Virus record (IMG/VR): IMGVR_UViG_2974651877_000001
Span: 49,761-113,760 of that record
Length of the DNA stretch: 64,000 nucleotides
Origin: a virus
Taxonomy: Duplodnaviria > Caudoviricetes
Reading direction: 5' to 3' (one strand)
The notes under the pieces are model-generated. The model was not told the origin of the DNA, made no database searches, and saw only the letters and a program-made list of their open reading frames with translations. The translations under genes and the position numbers were made by a program. Below are positions 7,125 to 16,452 of the stretch, one piece after another; position 1 is the stretch's first letter; each line of letters opens with the position of its first letter.

Positions 7125-8249
7125 ATGAATTATATGTCACTAGACCTACAGATGGGGCCGCAGCAGGAGAGTAAGCTAGATACGCTTATTAGAACCTCTG
7201 CCAACATACTACAGGCTAAGCAGCCCCCAAAGGTTCCTTTAATACCTGTGTCTGAAAGACACCTACTAAACGCATATACACAAACTCTAAGAATAGAGGG
7301 TAACGTAAGTTCTTGGGCGGAGTATGTTGCTCAAGCCCCTGAACGTTTAGGTTCTAAATTCCCAGAACGAGTTAGGTTCTGGGCTAGTAAGAAAAGTAAT
7401 ATGCCAGCTTGTCCTTTCCTACTAGGACAGGAAGTGGTTTTACCGCTTTACTTCGACTCTATGAATACTATGACTGTGTTCTGTGTGTCAACCTTAAGCT
7501 ACGGAGAGATGCATCAAGGAGTAAGTTTTGATAGGCTTATCCCGTTATTTGATAGGCTCTTCTACTCTAGAGTCCTTAATAAGGTAGAAGTACCTCCAGT
7601 AGAAAGAAGCAACATTAGAAAAGCTGTATCCACACTGATGGACTCTATCAGTGATTGGGACAAGGTTCGTAAAGACGTAATACGCACTCTATCTTTAGAG
7701 CCGACTCCAGAAAATATCTGGGACACCCCTGATATATTCGTAAACAGCAACACTCACACTTTCAAAAATGTAACAGTTAAAGATAAACAGGACAATAAAA
7801 TGAGCAAGACAAAACGAATCGCAGAAAACATGGTAGAGAGCAACAAATCAGCAGCAAAAGATATTGCATTTTTGAACGCAGGTCGTACAGCCAATATGGT
7901 TATCAAAGCCGCAATGACTCCTCTGCTAAAAGCGGTGCTTAAACCAACTTTCATGCAGCGAGCCATGATGAAGCTAACAGGCACTACTGACCCAGTGGAA
8001 CGCTTTATGGAATCCCCAGTGTCTGACCTACTAGCTGCGGAAGGCTTTAAATTAGCCCTAGAGCTTAAAGGCGTTAAAGACGAAAAACTACAAGAAACCG
8101 CAGATAAAGCTATCGTGTACGCAGGTATGAAGGTCACAGAGAACATTCCTCTAGAAGACCTATTAGATGATGCTATCGAAAAAGTAGCGGAAGCGGTTTC
8201 TGGTAGCAATATGCTGGATAAACTAGCAGAGAAAACTCGTAGGTACTAA
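7125..8249 (+). CDS. hypothetical protein (possible internal start at 7800)
   Basis: 374-aa ORF; in-frame ATG 7800 preceded by AGGA. Confidence 0.75.
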   Translation: MNYMSLDLQMGPQQESKLDTLIRTSANILQAKQPPKVPLIPVSERHLLNAYTQTLRIEGNVSSWAEYVAQAPERLGSKFPERVRFWASKKSNMPACPFLLGQEVVLPLYFDSMNTMTVFCVSTLSYGEMHQGVSFDRLIPLFDRLFYSRVLNKVEVPPVERSNIRKAVSTLMDSISDWDKVRKDVIRTLSLEPTPENIWDTPDIFVNSNTHTFKNVTVKDKQDNKMSKTKRIAENMVESNKSAAKDIAFLNAGRTANMVIKAAMTPLLKAVLKPTFMQRAMMKLTGTTDPVERFMESPVSDLLAAEGFKLALELKGVKDEKLQETADKAIVYAGMKVTENIPLEDLLDDAIEKVAEAVSGSNMLDKLAEKTRRY

Positions 8250-8251
8250 GT

Positions 8252-8401
8252 ATGGGAGCATTACTATATCTTATCGTGTGTGCCTTGGTAGGCTACGCGG
8301 CTACTAACTACAATAGGAGCCCCGTAGGCTGGTTCCTATTCTCTGCGGTCTTTAGTCCTATAGTAGGGATGTTACTCTTACTATTGGTGGGTAGGAAATG
8401 A
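8252..8401 (+). CDS. small two-TM membrane protein (49 aa)
   Basis: MGALLYLIVCALVGYAATNYNRSPVGWFLFSAVFSPIVGMLLLLLVGRK; ATGA overlap with the next gene. Confidence 0.7.
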   Translation: MGALLYLIVCALVGYAATNYNRSPVGWFLFSAVFSPIVGMLLLLLVGRK

Positions 8402-8610
8402 ACCCTTTGGAACTAACACAAGCACAGCAAAAACTTCATGCAGTAGATAGTTGGGCTGACTGGATGGATAATTGGATTACCATCCAGTTAGACCCTATAA
8501 GCAACAAACCACTGCACTACTGCTTTCACCCAGACAACTACTGTTTTCTGGTAACATCAGACCCTGAAGAGGCATGTAATGGATTTTCAAAATATCCGTA
8601 CGACGGGTAG
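8398..8610 (+). CDS. hypothetical protein
   Basis: 70-aa ORF, translationally coupled. Confidence 0.65.
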   Translation: MNPLELTQAQQKLHAVDSWADWMDNWITIQLDPISNKPLHYCFHPDNYCFLVTSDPEEACNGFSKYPYDG

Positions 8611-9016
8611 TGTATACGAAGCTATCCAAGGAGCTATTGAGCAGGCTCGTTATACAAAAGATAAAGAAGCTCTATCAGTGTTCCAGTACCTAGTCGGAGA
8701 AGTAAGCCGACAACGTACAGTGAATACTTCGGACAGCGCAGTTGTCCCTCTTGTACGAAAAGTACAGAAACGACTTGTAGAGTCGGTTGAGCAAGGAGCC
8801 ACTCCTGAAATTCAATTGACTTACCTAAATAGCTTTATCGACGCGTGGCTTCCTAAGCAAGCTACCGCAAAAGAGCTAGAGGCCATGGTGAATAAAGCCA
8901 TTGAGCATCTAGGTGACAAAGCTAACATCGGTTCAGTAATGAAGCTGTTAAAACAAACCAACGTACCATTCGATGCTCGATTCGCATCTACCCTAATTAA
9001 AGAAAAACTAGCATAA
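8579..9016 (+). CDS. YqeY/GatB-domain-like protein
   Basis: AR..KDK.ALS, WLPKQ.T..EL and IGSVMK.L...D pattern typical of YqeY. Confidence 0.75.
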   Translation: MDFQNIRTTGSVYEAIQGAIEQARYTKDKEALSVFQYLVGEVSRQRTVNTSDSAVVPLVRKVQKRLVESVEQGATPEIQLTYLNSFIDAWLPKQATAKELEAMVNKAIEHLGDKANIGSVMKLLKQTNVPFDARFASTLIKEKLA

Positions 9017-9027
9017 GGAATACCACA

Positions 9028-9909
9028 TTGATTAAACGTACACTAGCAAAAATCGCCGTAGTCGCTCTAATGGCTACATCACTAACAGGTTGTTTTCGTG
9101 GAGAGCGAGTAGAGATTCCTACTGCGTTCGTGGGTAAGGTTCAGACTGCGGCAGGTTTCGAGAAGGGAAAAGCGCGTAATCCCTCTAAGTTCCGACTTAG
9201 TCACTGTGGCCCGACCGAGGCGTGTGAGCGTCTAGTAATTCTAGATGTATCTGATAATCAGTACACTGAAGACTTTCTTACCTATATGCCGGTCGACCAG
9301 CTTAATATGGGCTACCGTATTACAATGACACTGGCTATCGACCCAGAGGAGCAGGATGGTCTATTCCAGAACGTCCCATTCCGAGAAGTTTCTGGCTCCC
9401 TTGGTGTTATCGAGCAGGCACGAGTGTATAAGACATACGCACAGCCTATCCTACAAACAAAAATCCCTGCTGTAGTCTCGCAACTCAGCATCGGTAAAGT
9501 ATCTTCTAACCTAGATGCGGTTAACGCCGTACTTCTAAAAGAAGTAGGTACAATTATCAAGTCAGAGACGCCATTCCGACTGAAGCATATCGGTATGGTT
9601 AATCCTAAGTACCCTGACATCATTACACGAGCTAAAGAGCTAGCAAAAGAGCGTGAAGCTGCACTAGGCCAAGTTAAGGCTAAGAAAGAGCTAGAACTAG
9701 CAGAAATGGCTGCTGAGAAGGAGCTAGAAGCGGAGCGCCGAGCAGTACAGCTTATGAAAGCAAAAACTGACTCTATGATTGCAGATGCTGCCTCTGACCG
9801 TTATGTAGAGCTTAAACGCCTATCAGTGCTGGAGCGACTAGCAGACTCTGATAATAAAGCGTTTATCCCTGTGGAAATGTTCGACCAACTAATGATTAAA
9901 GGTGAATAA
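9028..9909 (+). CDS. SPFH/band-7-like lipoprotein
   Basis: Lipobox LTGC, ERVEIPTAFVGKV start, YPDII motif, C-terminal Ala/Glu-rich coil. Confidence 0.75.
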   Translation: MIKRTLAKIAVVALMATSLTGCFRGERVEIPTAFVGKVQTAAGFEKGKARNPSKFRLSHCGPTEACERLVILDVSDNQYTEDFLTYMPVDQLNMGYRITMTLAIDPEEQDGLFQNVPFREVSGSLGVIEQARVYKTYAQPILQTKIPAVVSQLSIGKVSSNLDAVNAVLLKEVGTIIKSETPFRLKHIGMVNPKYPDIITRAKELAKEREAALGQVKAKKELELAEMAAEKELEAERRAVQLMKAKTDSMIADAASDRYVELKRLSVLERLADSDNKAFIPVEMFDQLMIKGE

Positions 9910-9911
9910 TC

Positions 9912-10292
9912 TTGGATTTACTAATTAACATCCTACTAGTAACGAAGCCCGTATTGGGGCTTCTACTACTGCTAGTACTGGTTCTTTGTGGTTGTAAATA
10001 CTTTAAGGTAGATTTACCTTACGCAAAGATTCTTAAAGGTTCGGGTGTAGTGGCTTTACTGGCATCAATTGCCATGGTAGCCTTCTCCCCGATAACTCAA
10101 CCTACTACACAAGTTTACGACAACACTAGAGACTTGCAGGCTATGGAAGCCAAGATAGACCGAATGGAAGCACCGTCCTTAGATAGCTTCACTTCTAAGG
10201 AAGCCACACTAACTCTAGAAAGTATTCAGAACGAACACTCTAACGCTTACGACGAGGCTTTAGAGGAAATAGAGAAGTTCGAAATTAACTAA
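9912..10292 (+). CDS. membrane protein
   Basis: Two hydrophobic segments; directly follows the SPFH gene. Confidence 0.7.
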   Translation: MDLLINILLVTKPVLGLLLLLVLVLCGCKYFKVDLPYAKILKGSGVVALLASIAMVAFSPITQPTTQVYDNTRDLQAMEAKIDRMEAPSLDSFTSKEATLTLESIQNEHSNAYDEALEEIEKFEIN

Positions 10293-10294
10293 CC

Positions 10295-10325
10295 CAATCC
10301 CTGACAGCAATGTCAGGGATTTTTT
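10295..10325 (+). terminator. Rho-independent terminator
   Basis: AATCCCTGACA-GCAA-TGTCAGGGATTTTT. Confidence 0.85.
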
Positions 10326-10328
10326 CGT

Positions 10329-10357
10329 TTGCTAAACTCTCGAAATTTCGATATAAT
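10329..10357 (+). promoter_or_regulatory. sigma70 early promoter
   Basis: TTGCTA-N17-TATAAT. Confidence 0.8.
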
Positions 10358-10387
10358 AGTTATATAAATTAGAGAGGAGACTATCTT

Positions 10388-10651
10388 ATGCGCCATAACG
10401 AAGAATGGATTGAGCTTGTGTTTGTTGACGGAGAAGTAGACGTACACGAGCTAGCAACTGATGCTTGGGAGCAGTTTGAGCAAAACCGTAGTGAAGTAGC
10501 AGAGATTTGGTGGGTTAAGAAAGAGGGCGATGAACTTGAAATCACAGCAGAACAACTGGAGCTTTGGGCAACGAATGAAGAAAGCGACGAAGATTATAGC
10601 GGTGATGATATGCGCCTTGACTACCTTCCAGACGTTGGCTTCGGAATCTAG
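10388..10651 (+). CDS. acidic hypothetical protein
   Basis: 87-aa, very D/E-rich; GAGGAG RBS. Confidence 0.75.
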   Translation: MRHNEEWIELVFVDGEVDVHELATDAWEQFEQNRSEVAEIWWVKKEGDELEITAEQLELWATNEESDEDYSGDDMRLDYLPDVGFGI

Positions 10652-10919
10652 GTTTTCCAAAGTACCCAAAGCTAACACTACAGATTGCCACACGGTAACA
10701 ACTAGGCAAGGACGAGATAATAATGGGTATACTTGGGTAGGGGACTTGTACAATGATAGATACACCCTTATCGTAGATTATCGAAACCCTGTCGATTTAA
10801 AATACAATAAAACTTATTTACTACACAACAAACAAGGTTCTCCTATCTTTACATTAGCAGCTAAGCGGCTCAGACATAAGATAGCGATAACCTACTGCCG
10901 ATGGGATGCAAGCATATGA
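10575..10919 (+). CDS. putative secreted protein
   Basis: Signal-peptide-like MKKATKIIAVMICALTTFQTLA from ATG 10575. Confidence 0.6.
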   Translation: MKKATKIIAVMICALTTFQTLASESRFSKVPKANTTDCHTVTTRQGRDNNGYTWVGDLYNDRYTLIVDYRNPVDLKYNKTYLLHNKQGSPIFTLAAKRLRHKIAITYCRWDASI

Positions 10920-11710
10920 AAACATTCGAACACATAGACCTTAATGACCGAGAGCGTGTATTCTTCGTAGGCGACATTCACGGAGATTCTAAGCTGTTCG
11001 AACATGCGGTCAACTTCCTAGGCCTATCTGAGAAGGATTACCTAGTATGTACAGGGGACTTAATCGACCGTGGAGAAGCTAGCGTAGACGTGCTAACTAG
11101 AGTGTTGATGTCCACAAATATGACCTCTGTACTAGGCAACCATGACCACTTCATGGTTAAAGCGATGAATGACCGAAAGATGTCAAACTTCGCTTTATGG
11201 TACCAAAATGGTGGATACTGGGCGGAACAACACGACAGGGCATTCGTTCAAGGATTGGCTAACGCAGTCGAAGAACAGTTCCCCCTAGCACTAATCGTAT
11301 GGTACAAGGATACTAAAGTACTGGTTACACACGCTGAAGTCCCTACTGGAGACTTAAAAGTTTTAGAGAGAAAACTGACTCCAATCACGGGTTCTGTAAA
11401 AAGCGATGAAGACTTAGCCCGACTGGTTGCCCAGCAGAAACTGCGCGAAGAAATCATGTGGGGACGTAACAGAATCTACGAAGGAGAGCAGTTTGTATCG
11501 GGGGTGGACTTGACGATTCATGGACACACAGTAACACAGTGTGTAAGAGAAGACGAAGAACCTCTGCCCTTGCAATTAGGAAATCAGCATTGGATTGACA
11601 CAGGGGCTTGCTTCACGGGAGGTAGGCTTACTATAGCTGAGCTTGTAAACGGAGAGTTGCAGTACACTCAATTTTGGTTTGATTCAGACAACGAACTTTG
11701 TATCGTATAA
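10916..11710 (+). CDS. Ser/Thr protein phosphatase (lambda-PP/PPP family)
   Basis: GDIHG, GDLIDRG, GNHD, HGHT and IDTG motifs. Confidence 0.92.
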   Translation: MKTFEHIDLNDRERVFFVGDIHGDSKLFEHAVNFLGLSEKDYLVCTGDLIDRGEASVDVLTRVLMSTNMTSVLGNHDHFMVKAMNDRKMSNFALWYQNGGYWAEQHDRAFVQGLANAVEEQFPLALIVWYKDTKVLVTHAEVPTGDLKVLERKLTPITGSVKSDEDLARLVAQQKLREEIMWGRNRIYEGEQFVSGVDLTIHGHTVTQCVREDEEPLPLQLGNQHWIDTGACFTGGRLTIAELVNGELQYTQFWFDSDNELCIV

Positions 11711-11722
11711 TAAGGAGTCAAT

Positions 11723-12016
11723 TTGAAAATTAACATGACTATTGAGACGGATAACATATCCGGATTAGTAATCTTAGATATGGACTCTGCGGAATGGGGC
11801 TCTAGACCAATCCGCAGAGAGGACTGGGAGGCTGTAGAGGCTATCAAAGCTGACGGTGAATACTTCAAGATTCCTGAAGGCACAGAGGAGTTCTCTGCAA
11901 TCTTTACAGACGAAAATAAAATTTCGGAATACGAAGCTCTAGGTCTGGAACGTATGATGAAGATGTACATTTCAGGTGATGCTAAAGCAACAGTAACTTT
12001 GACGGGGAGAAAGTAA
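11723..12016 (+). CDS. hypothetical protein
   Basis: 97-aa ORF; TAAGGAG RBS, TTG start. Confidence 0.75.
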   Translation: MKINMTIETDNISGLVILDMDSAEWGSRPIRREDWEAVEAIKADGEYFKIPEGTEEFSAIFTDENKISEYEALGLERMMKMYISGDAKATVTLTGRK

Positions 12017-12164
12017 ATGTTCCGTAACCTATACCGCAAATTTCTAAAGTGGCTTGACTACCATTTTGGTGGCTTTTGTCCTGCTAAGGCCGAAGCCGAA
12101 AACGAACAAAAAGATAAGATGTTCTCCCGCAAGGCAGAAATCTTAAAGGAGCTAAAGAAGAACG

Positions 12165-12359
12165 ATGGCAAATAAGCACCTACTAACTGGAAACCTACCA
12201 TTAGAAGTACGAAAACTAGTAATTAAAGACCCATCTCTCATAGATGGGCAGCACCGAGAGCTACTAAAGAGCCTACTAGGGTTCCGCACCAACTCAGAAT
12301 ATGCTGGATGGCTCGCAACGTTACCTAAACCAAAGAAAGAGGAAAAGTCGGATGATTGA
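12165..12359 (+). CDS. hypothetical protein
   Basis: 64-aa ORF in a packed operon. Confidence 0.65.
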   Translation: MANKHLLTGNLPLEVRKLVIKDPSLIDGQHRELLKSLLGFRTNSEYAGWLATLPKPKKEEKSDD

Positions 12360-12627
12360 TATCGCAGTCGCACGATGTAAGCACTGTGGCTCTGTCATTA
12401 CTAGTCGTGCTAGTCATGATTTCAACTCTTGTCAGTGTGGACAGCTATCTGTAGACGGCGGAGTCTTTGTAGAAGAAGAGAACCTACTTAACTTCACCCG
12501 TGTTATCGGCTCTTTTCAGCGTGAAGACCTCTCAGTAATCAAGGATTTCCCTGTAGAGTATCAAGACTTGTATGAGGACTGGAATAAAGGAATCAACGAG
12601 TACAAAGATTTACGCAAATACGCTTAG
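12352..12627 (+). CDS. Zn-finger-like protein
   Basis: CKHCG..I.S...HDF..C.CG...VDGG, a common phage Zn-binding pattern. Confidence 0.75.
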   Translation: MIDIAVARCKHCGSVITSRASHDFNSCQCGQLSVDGGVFVEEENLLNFTRVIGSFQREDLSVIKDFPVEYQDLYEDWNKGINEYKDLRKYA

Positions 12628-12689
12628 GGCAGCACGTAACACTAGGACTTACACAAACAATAGCCGGTGAGGCGCAGGAATTTTAACTT

Positions 12690-12934
12690 ATGCGAGAAAA
12701 AGTCAACATATATGATTTCACGACTGATGTGTTAGAGCAAGAGCTGTCAAACGTGCCCGAGAAAGGGAGAAAGGACTCTATATCCTAGAATTTAGTCAAG
12801 TGGAAAGCACGAAAACCGCTATAATTCACGAAGTGGCTCACGTACTACTGTGGGCACTGGAAAACAAGTACAATCATGGTCATGGAGCCGACTACATGAG
12901 GATGTACGAATACTTGGAGAATAAATACCTATGA
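12690..12934 (+). pseudogene. frame-disrupted HExxH metallopeptidase-like gene
   Basis: ATG 12690 with AGGA RBS stops at 12788; the -1 frame encodes IIHEVAHV...HGHGADY and ends ATGA-coupled at 12934. Confidence 0.5.
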
Positions 12935-13197
12935 TAACTATTAAAGCAGGTGGCTCGGAGATAGATGTAATTAAAGACCTGACTACAGAAGTAGAGCAGA
13001 GCCTTTTACCTTTTGGTGTAACCCGAATTACTGCTCGAAATCCTGCCTTTTCCACCTTTATGGTGGAGTATGGCAAGCTATTGGTCGATAAAGTTGCTTC
13101 TGGAGAATTTGATGCCCTAGCGCCAGAAGTAGCATCGTATCACTATGTAAAGTACTGCCTAGCGGCCGGAATAACCATTGAGGTGACTCGTGGATAG
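12931..13197 (+). CDS. hypothetical protein
   Basis: 88-aa ORF with GGAG RBS. Confidence 0.7.
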   Translation: MITIKAGGSEIDVIKDLTTEVEQSLLPFGVTRITARNPAFSTFMVEYGKLLVDKVASGEFDALAPEVASYHYVKYCLAAGITIEVTRG

Positions 13198-13441
13198 GTG
13201 GATTAAGTGGAGAGATAAGAGCTACTTGATAGCTCAAATGTTCGATGCTTGGCGACCTATCCCTAGGCTGATGTGCGGGATGTACGGATACCTTATTTAC
13301 CAAATCACTATGTGGTTTATAGGGCTTCCAGACCCTACAGGAGCTCAAGCAGCGTTTGTTTCTACTATGGTAGGGGCGGCAGCAGCATTTTTTGGTTTCT
13401 ACGTCAATTCTAAGGCTAGAAAGCCTGACGACAAAGAATAA
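13190..13441 (+). CDS. two-TM membrane protein, putative holin
   Basis: DAWR..PRL...WF..L.DPT..QAAFVS..VGA...F.FY pattern, two TMs, charged C-terminus. Confidence 0.55.
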   Translation: MDRWIKWRDKSYLIAQMFDAWRPIPRLMCGMYGYLIYQITMWFIGLPDPTGAQAAFVSTMVGAAAAFFGFYVNSKARKPDDKE

Positions 13442-13474
13442 AGGTCTTTCGAGGTGAATTTAGAAAGTTTTTAT

Positions 13475-13503
13475 TCGCCTCGTCGTCGATTTCCTTATAT
13501 AAT
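13475..13503 (+). promoter_or_regulatory. sigma70 promoter for the NAD salvage operon
   Basis: TCGCCT-N17-TATAAT with an AT-rich downstream segment like the other early promoters. Confidence 0.6.
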
Positions 13504-13552
13504 ATAAATATAAAATCGAGAGACAAAAATTTTTAGTTTACTAGGGGGGGAT

Positions 13553-14551
13553 ATGCCTATCACAAAGACTCATGGTTTCATTATCAGCCGACTTCAAGGC
13601 TTCCACAAAGGTCATAGGAGCTTAATCCTCAATGCCTTAAAATATAGTAACACACTAACAGTGCTTATAGGCTCTAGTAACAAAGCTGGTAGCCTAAAGA
13701 ACCCGTTCACCTATAAAGAACGTGTGAAAATGGCAAAAATGGGGTTGCCAGCAGACATTCCGGTAACTTTTGAGCTGCTACCTGATTTTGACTACAACGA
13801 CGACCTATGGGAAGAGTACCTACACAACACCATTGGTATGCTTACTAAAGAAGGCCATACCCCTACCATCTTTACCTCTCAAAAAGGCGAAGATGACCTC
13901 CTAAGAAAAGAATGGGCTAGGGACATCGAAGTTATCTCGTTCCCTGTACACAAACAAATTAGCGCCACGGATGTTCGCAAAGCTTTACTAGCCTCCGACA
14001 TGGATTACTTGAACGAGAACGTTCCTAACCCGTCTATTCTAGTTCCTCTTATGAAAGAGTGCTCTAAGCCTATGTACGAAAAACATATGGCTGTACTGCG
14101 TAACCAGTATGCTTGGAAAGACTCTCCGTATCCGGTTATCTCTAGCTGTACGGACGCAGTTATTCTAGACAGGGAGCGCCATGTACTCCTAGTAAAACGA
14201 GGTAAGCACCCAGGCAAAGGTCTGTGGGCACTACCTGGAGGGCATTTAGAACCTAACCTAACAGAAGCTCAGAACGTATACAAAGAAGTCCTAGAGGAGA
14301 CTGGACTAGAAATTAACGATACACACTACGTTAAGGACGACCGATTCGACGCTGTAGACCGCTCTGAAGCAGGTCGTATTGTCACTACAGCTTTCGCGTT
14401 CCAAGTTAATAGTCTCTTACCAGAAGTTACTGGTGGGGACGATGCAGCAGAAGCTCGATGGTTTACCATCGCAGAGCTGAGGCATCTAAAAATGTATGAT
14501 GACCATTATGGCATCATAGTCTCTATGATTAGAGAATTTGAAGTGGACTAA
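13553..14551 (+). CDS. bifunctional NMN adenylyltransferase / Nudix ADP-ribose hydrolase (NadM-Nudix, NatV-like)
   Basis: RLQGFHKGH (HxGH), NPFT..ER, ISAT.VR, Nudix box GG..E.......KEVLEETGL, GGDDA. Confidence 0.93.
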   Translation: MPITKTHGFIISRLQGFHKGHRSLILNALKYSNTLTVLIGSSNKAGSLKNPFTYKERVKMAKMGLPADIPVTFELLPDFDYNDDLWEEYLHNTIGMLTKEGHTPTIFTSQKGEDDLLRKEWARDIEVISFPVHKQISATDVRKALLASDMDYLNENVPNPSILVPLMKECSKPMYEKHMAVLRNQYAWKDSPYPVISSCTDAVILDRERHVLLVKRGKHPGKGLWALPGGHLEPNLTEAQNVYKEVLEETGLEINDTHYVKDDRFDAVDRSEAGRIVTTAFAFQVNSLLPEVTGGDDAAEARWFTIAELRHLKMYDDHYGIIVSMIREFEVD

Positions 14552-14628
14552 TAAGGCTTTACCTTATCCCACAAAACTAACCAGAGGTTTCACCTCGCAG
14601 CAGGGTTTTACCCTAAAGGAAATATATT

Positions 14629-16050
14629 ATGTTTGTAAACTCAAATATCTGTTTGGCAACTGACTCTTACAAAGTCTCTCACTGGCTACAATTCCCACAA
14701 GGAATGAACCGTTCTCACTACTACATTGAATCTCGTGGCGGAGTCTATGACGAAGTCATGGTGGCAGGGGTAAAATACCTGACATCAATTCTTAAACGTG
14801 GTGTAACTAAGAAGCAAGTCTTGAAAGCGCAACGCTACTGGAATCTTCATTTTGGACAAGACCTGTTCAATATTGATGGCTGGATGCGTATCGTAGACGA
14901 ACTTGGCGGAAAGCTTCCTGTTCGAATTAGAGCAGCTAAAGAAGGCGATGTTATCCCAGTGAAAAACGTACTTTTCACTATCGAGTCCACGGTTGACGGA
15001 TTTGGCTGGCTTCCTGGGTACCTAGAGACTATGTTACTACGTGGTCTATGGTACCCAACAACTACAGCTACTATTAGTTTTAAAGCTAAGCGCTTTATCA
15101 AAGAATACCTTGACATGTCTACTGACCTAGTAGGGGATGCCTACGATATGGCTCTGAAGACTCGCCTGCACGACTTCGGAGCACGTGGTGTATCTTCTGC
15201 GGAGTCCGCCGGTATCGGTGGAATGGGTCATCTGTACAACTTCATGGGTACTGATACCATTGAAGCAACTCTACTAGTAGAGTTCTTGTACGGTGTAGAG
15301 ATGTCAGGTATCTCGATTCCAGCTCGTGAACACTCAACTACTACCTGTTACTTGCGTGACGGGGAAGATGAGGCGTTTATGAACTCTATCGAGAACTTCG
15401 GGGGCGGTGTCTTCGCTATCGTAATTGACTCTTACTCTACAGACGACGCGTTGCGTCGTATCCTAGACCCTAGTGGAGCACTACACAAAGCTCTACGTGA
15501 GAAAGGCGGGGTATGTGTACTACGTCCTGACTCTGGGGAACCAATTGACATGGTTATGAAGTGCATGAATGCCGTGTGGAACACTGTAGGCGGAGAAGTC
15601 AACTCTAAAGGGTACAAAGTACTAGATTCTCAGTACCGAGTAATCCAGGGCGATGGTGTGGATGGCCCAGCTATCGAACGCATCCTTAACTGGATGGTAG
15701 GTGTTAAAAAGTTCTCTGCGGAGAACCTAGCCTTCGGTATGGGCGGTGGCCTTCTACAGCACTGTGACCGAGATACACAGAAATTCGCTATGAAGTGTTC
15801 TGCTATGGAAGTAGACGGAGTATGGCGTGATGTGTTTAAGGCACCCGAAACCGACCCTAGCAAAAAGTCTAAAGCCGGTCGTCTAGATTTGGTTTACCGT
15901 GGCGGTAAGTACGAAACAGTGGTACTAGGAGATACAGACGTACGTCACCCTAGCTCTGCTTTACGTACAGTGTTTGAGGATGGTCAGGTGTTTGAAGAAA
16001 ACTTCCGTACCTTCCAAGACATCCGTATGGCATCAGATTCTTACGCGTAA
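14629..16050 (+). CDS. nadV: nicotinamide phosphoribosyltransferase
   Basis: TDSYK.SH, LHDFGARG, SIPAREHS, RPDSG, IQGDG, FGMGGGLLQ and RDTQKFAMK motifs. Confidence 0.96.
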   Translation: MFVNSNICLATDSYKVSHWLQFPQGMNRSHYYIESRGGVYDEVMVAGVKYLTSILKRGVTKKQVLKAQRYWNLHFGQDLFNIDGWMRIVDELGGKLPVRIRAAKEGDVIPVKNVLFTIESTVDGFGWLPGYLETMLLRGLWYPTTTATISFKAKRFIKEYLDMSTDLVGDAYDMALKTRLHDFGARGVSSAESAGIGGMGHLYNFMGTDTIEATLLVEFLYGVEMSGISIPAREHSTTTCYLRDGEDEAFMNSIENFGGGVFAIVIDSYSTDDALRRILDPSGALHKALREKGGVCVLRPDSGEPIDMVMKCMNAVWNTVGGEVNSKGYKVLDSQYRVIQGDGVDGPAIERILNWMVGVKKFSAENLAFGMGGGLLQHCDRDTQKFAMKCSAMEVDGVWRDVFKAPETDPSKKSKAGRLDLVYRGGKYETVVLGDTDVRHPSSALRTVFEDGQVFEENFRTFQDIRMASDSYA

Positions 16051-16056
16051 CATAAC

Positions 16057-16074
16057 AGGCGGCGAAAGCCGCCT
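16057..16074 (+). terminator. GNRA-capped hairpin after nadV
   Basis: AGGCGGC-GAAA-GCCGCCT; weak U-tract. Confidence 0.55.
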
Positions 16075-16092
16075 AACTCTTGGAGACAAAGA

Positions 16093-16452
16093 GTGACTAG
16101 ACCACAATTACTAGATATTATTGCAGCGATAGCTGCGAGCCACCCTGATATCACATACATGTACATGCAAGGACGTTGCGTACAATTTGCGTATATACTA
16201 GTGGAGATACTAAAGAACGAAGAAACCCGTATAGTGTATAGTCAAGTTGAGGGGCACGCGTACACTGAGTGGGGAGGTTACTATTGGGACATTCGTGGAG
16301 CACACAGCAATGTGCCTAAGGACATAGCTAACATAACAGAATTCCCCGAACACAGGATGTGGGCAGCCAACGATACTCGCAGGTTGTTAGCGCATACCGA
16401 GAAACACCCTCTACATATAGGCACCGTATCACAACATATAGGAGATAACTAA
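16093..16452 (+). CDS. hypothetical protein
   Basis: G.C..FA, H and YWDIRG motifs (possibly a Cys-His-Asp fold); GGAG RBS. Confidence 0.7.
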   Translation: MTRPQLLDIIAAIAASHPDITYMYMQGRCVQFAYILVEILKNEETRIVYSQVEGHAYTEWGGYYWDIRGAHSNVPKDIANITEFPEHRMWAANDTRRLLAHTEKHPLHIGTVSQHIGDN

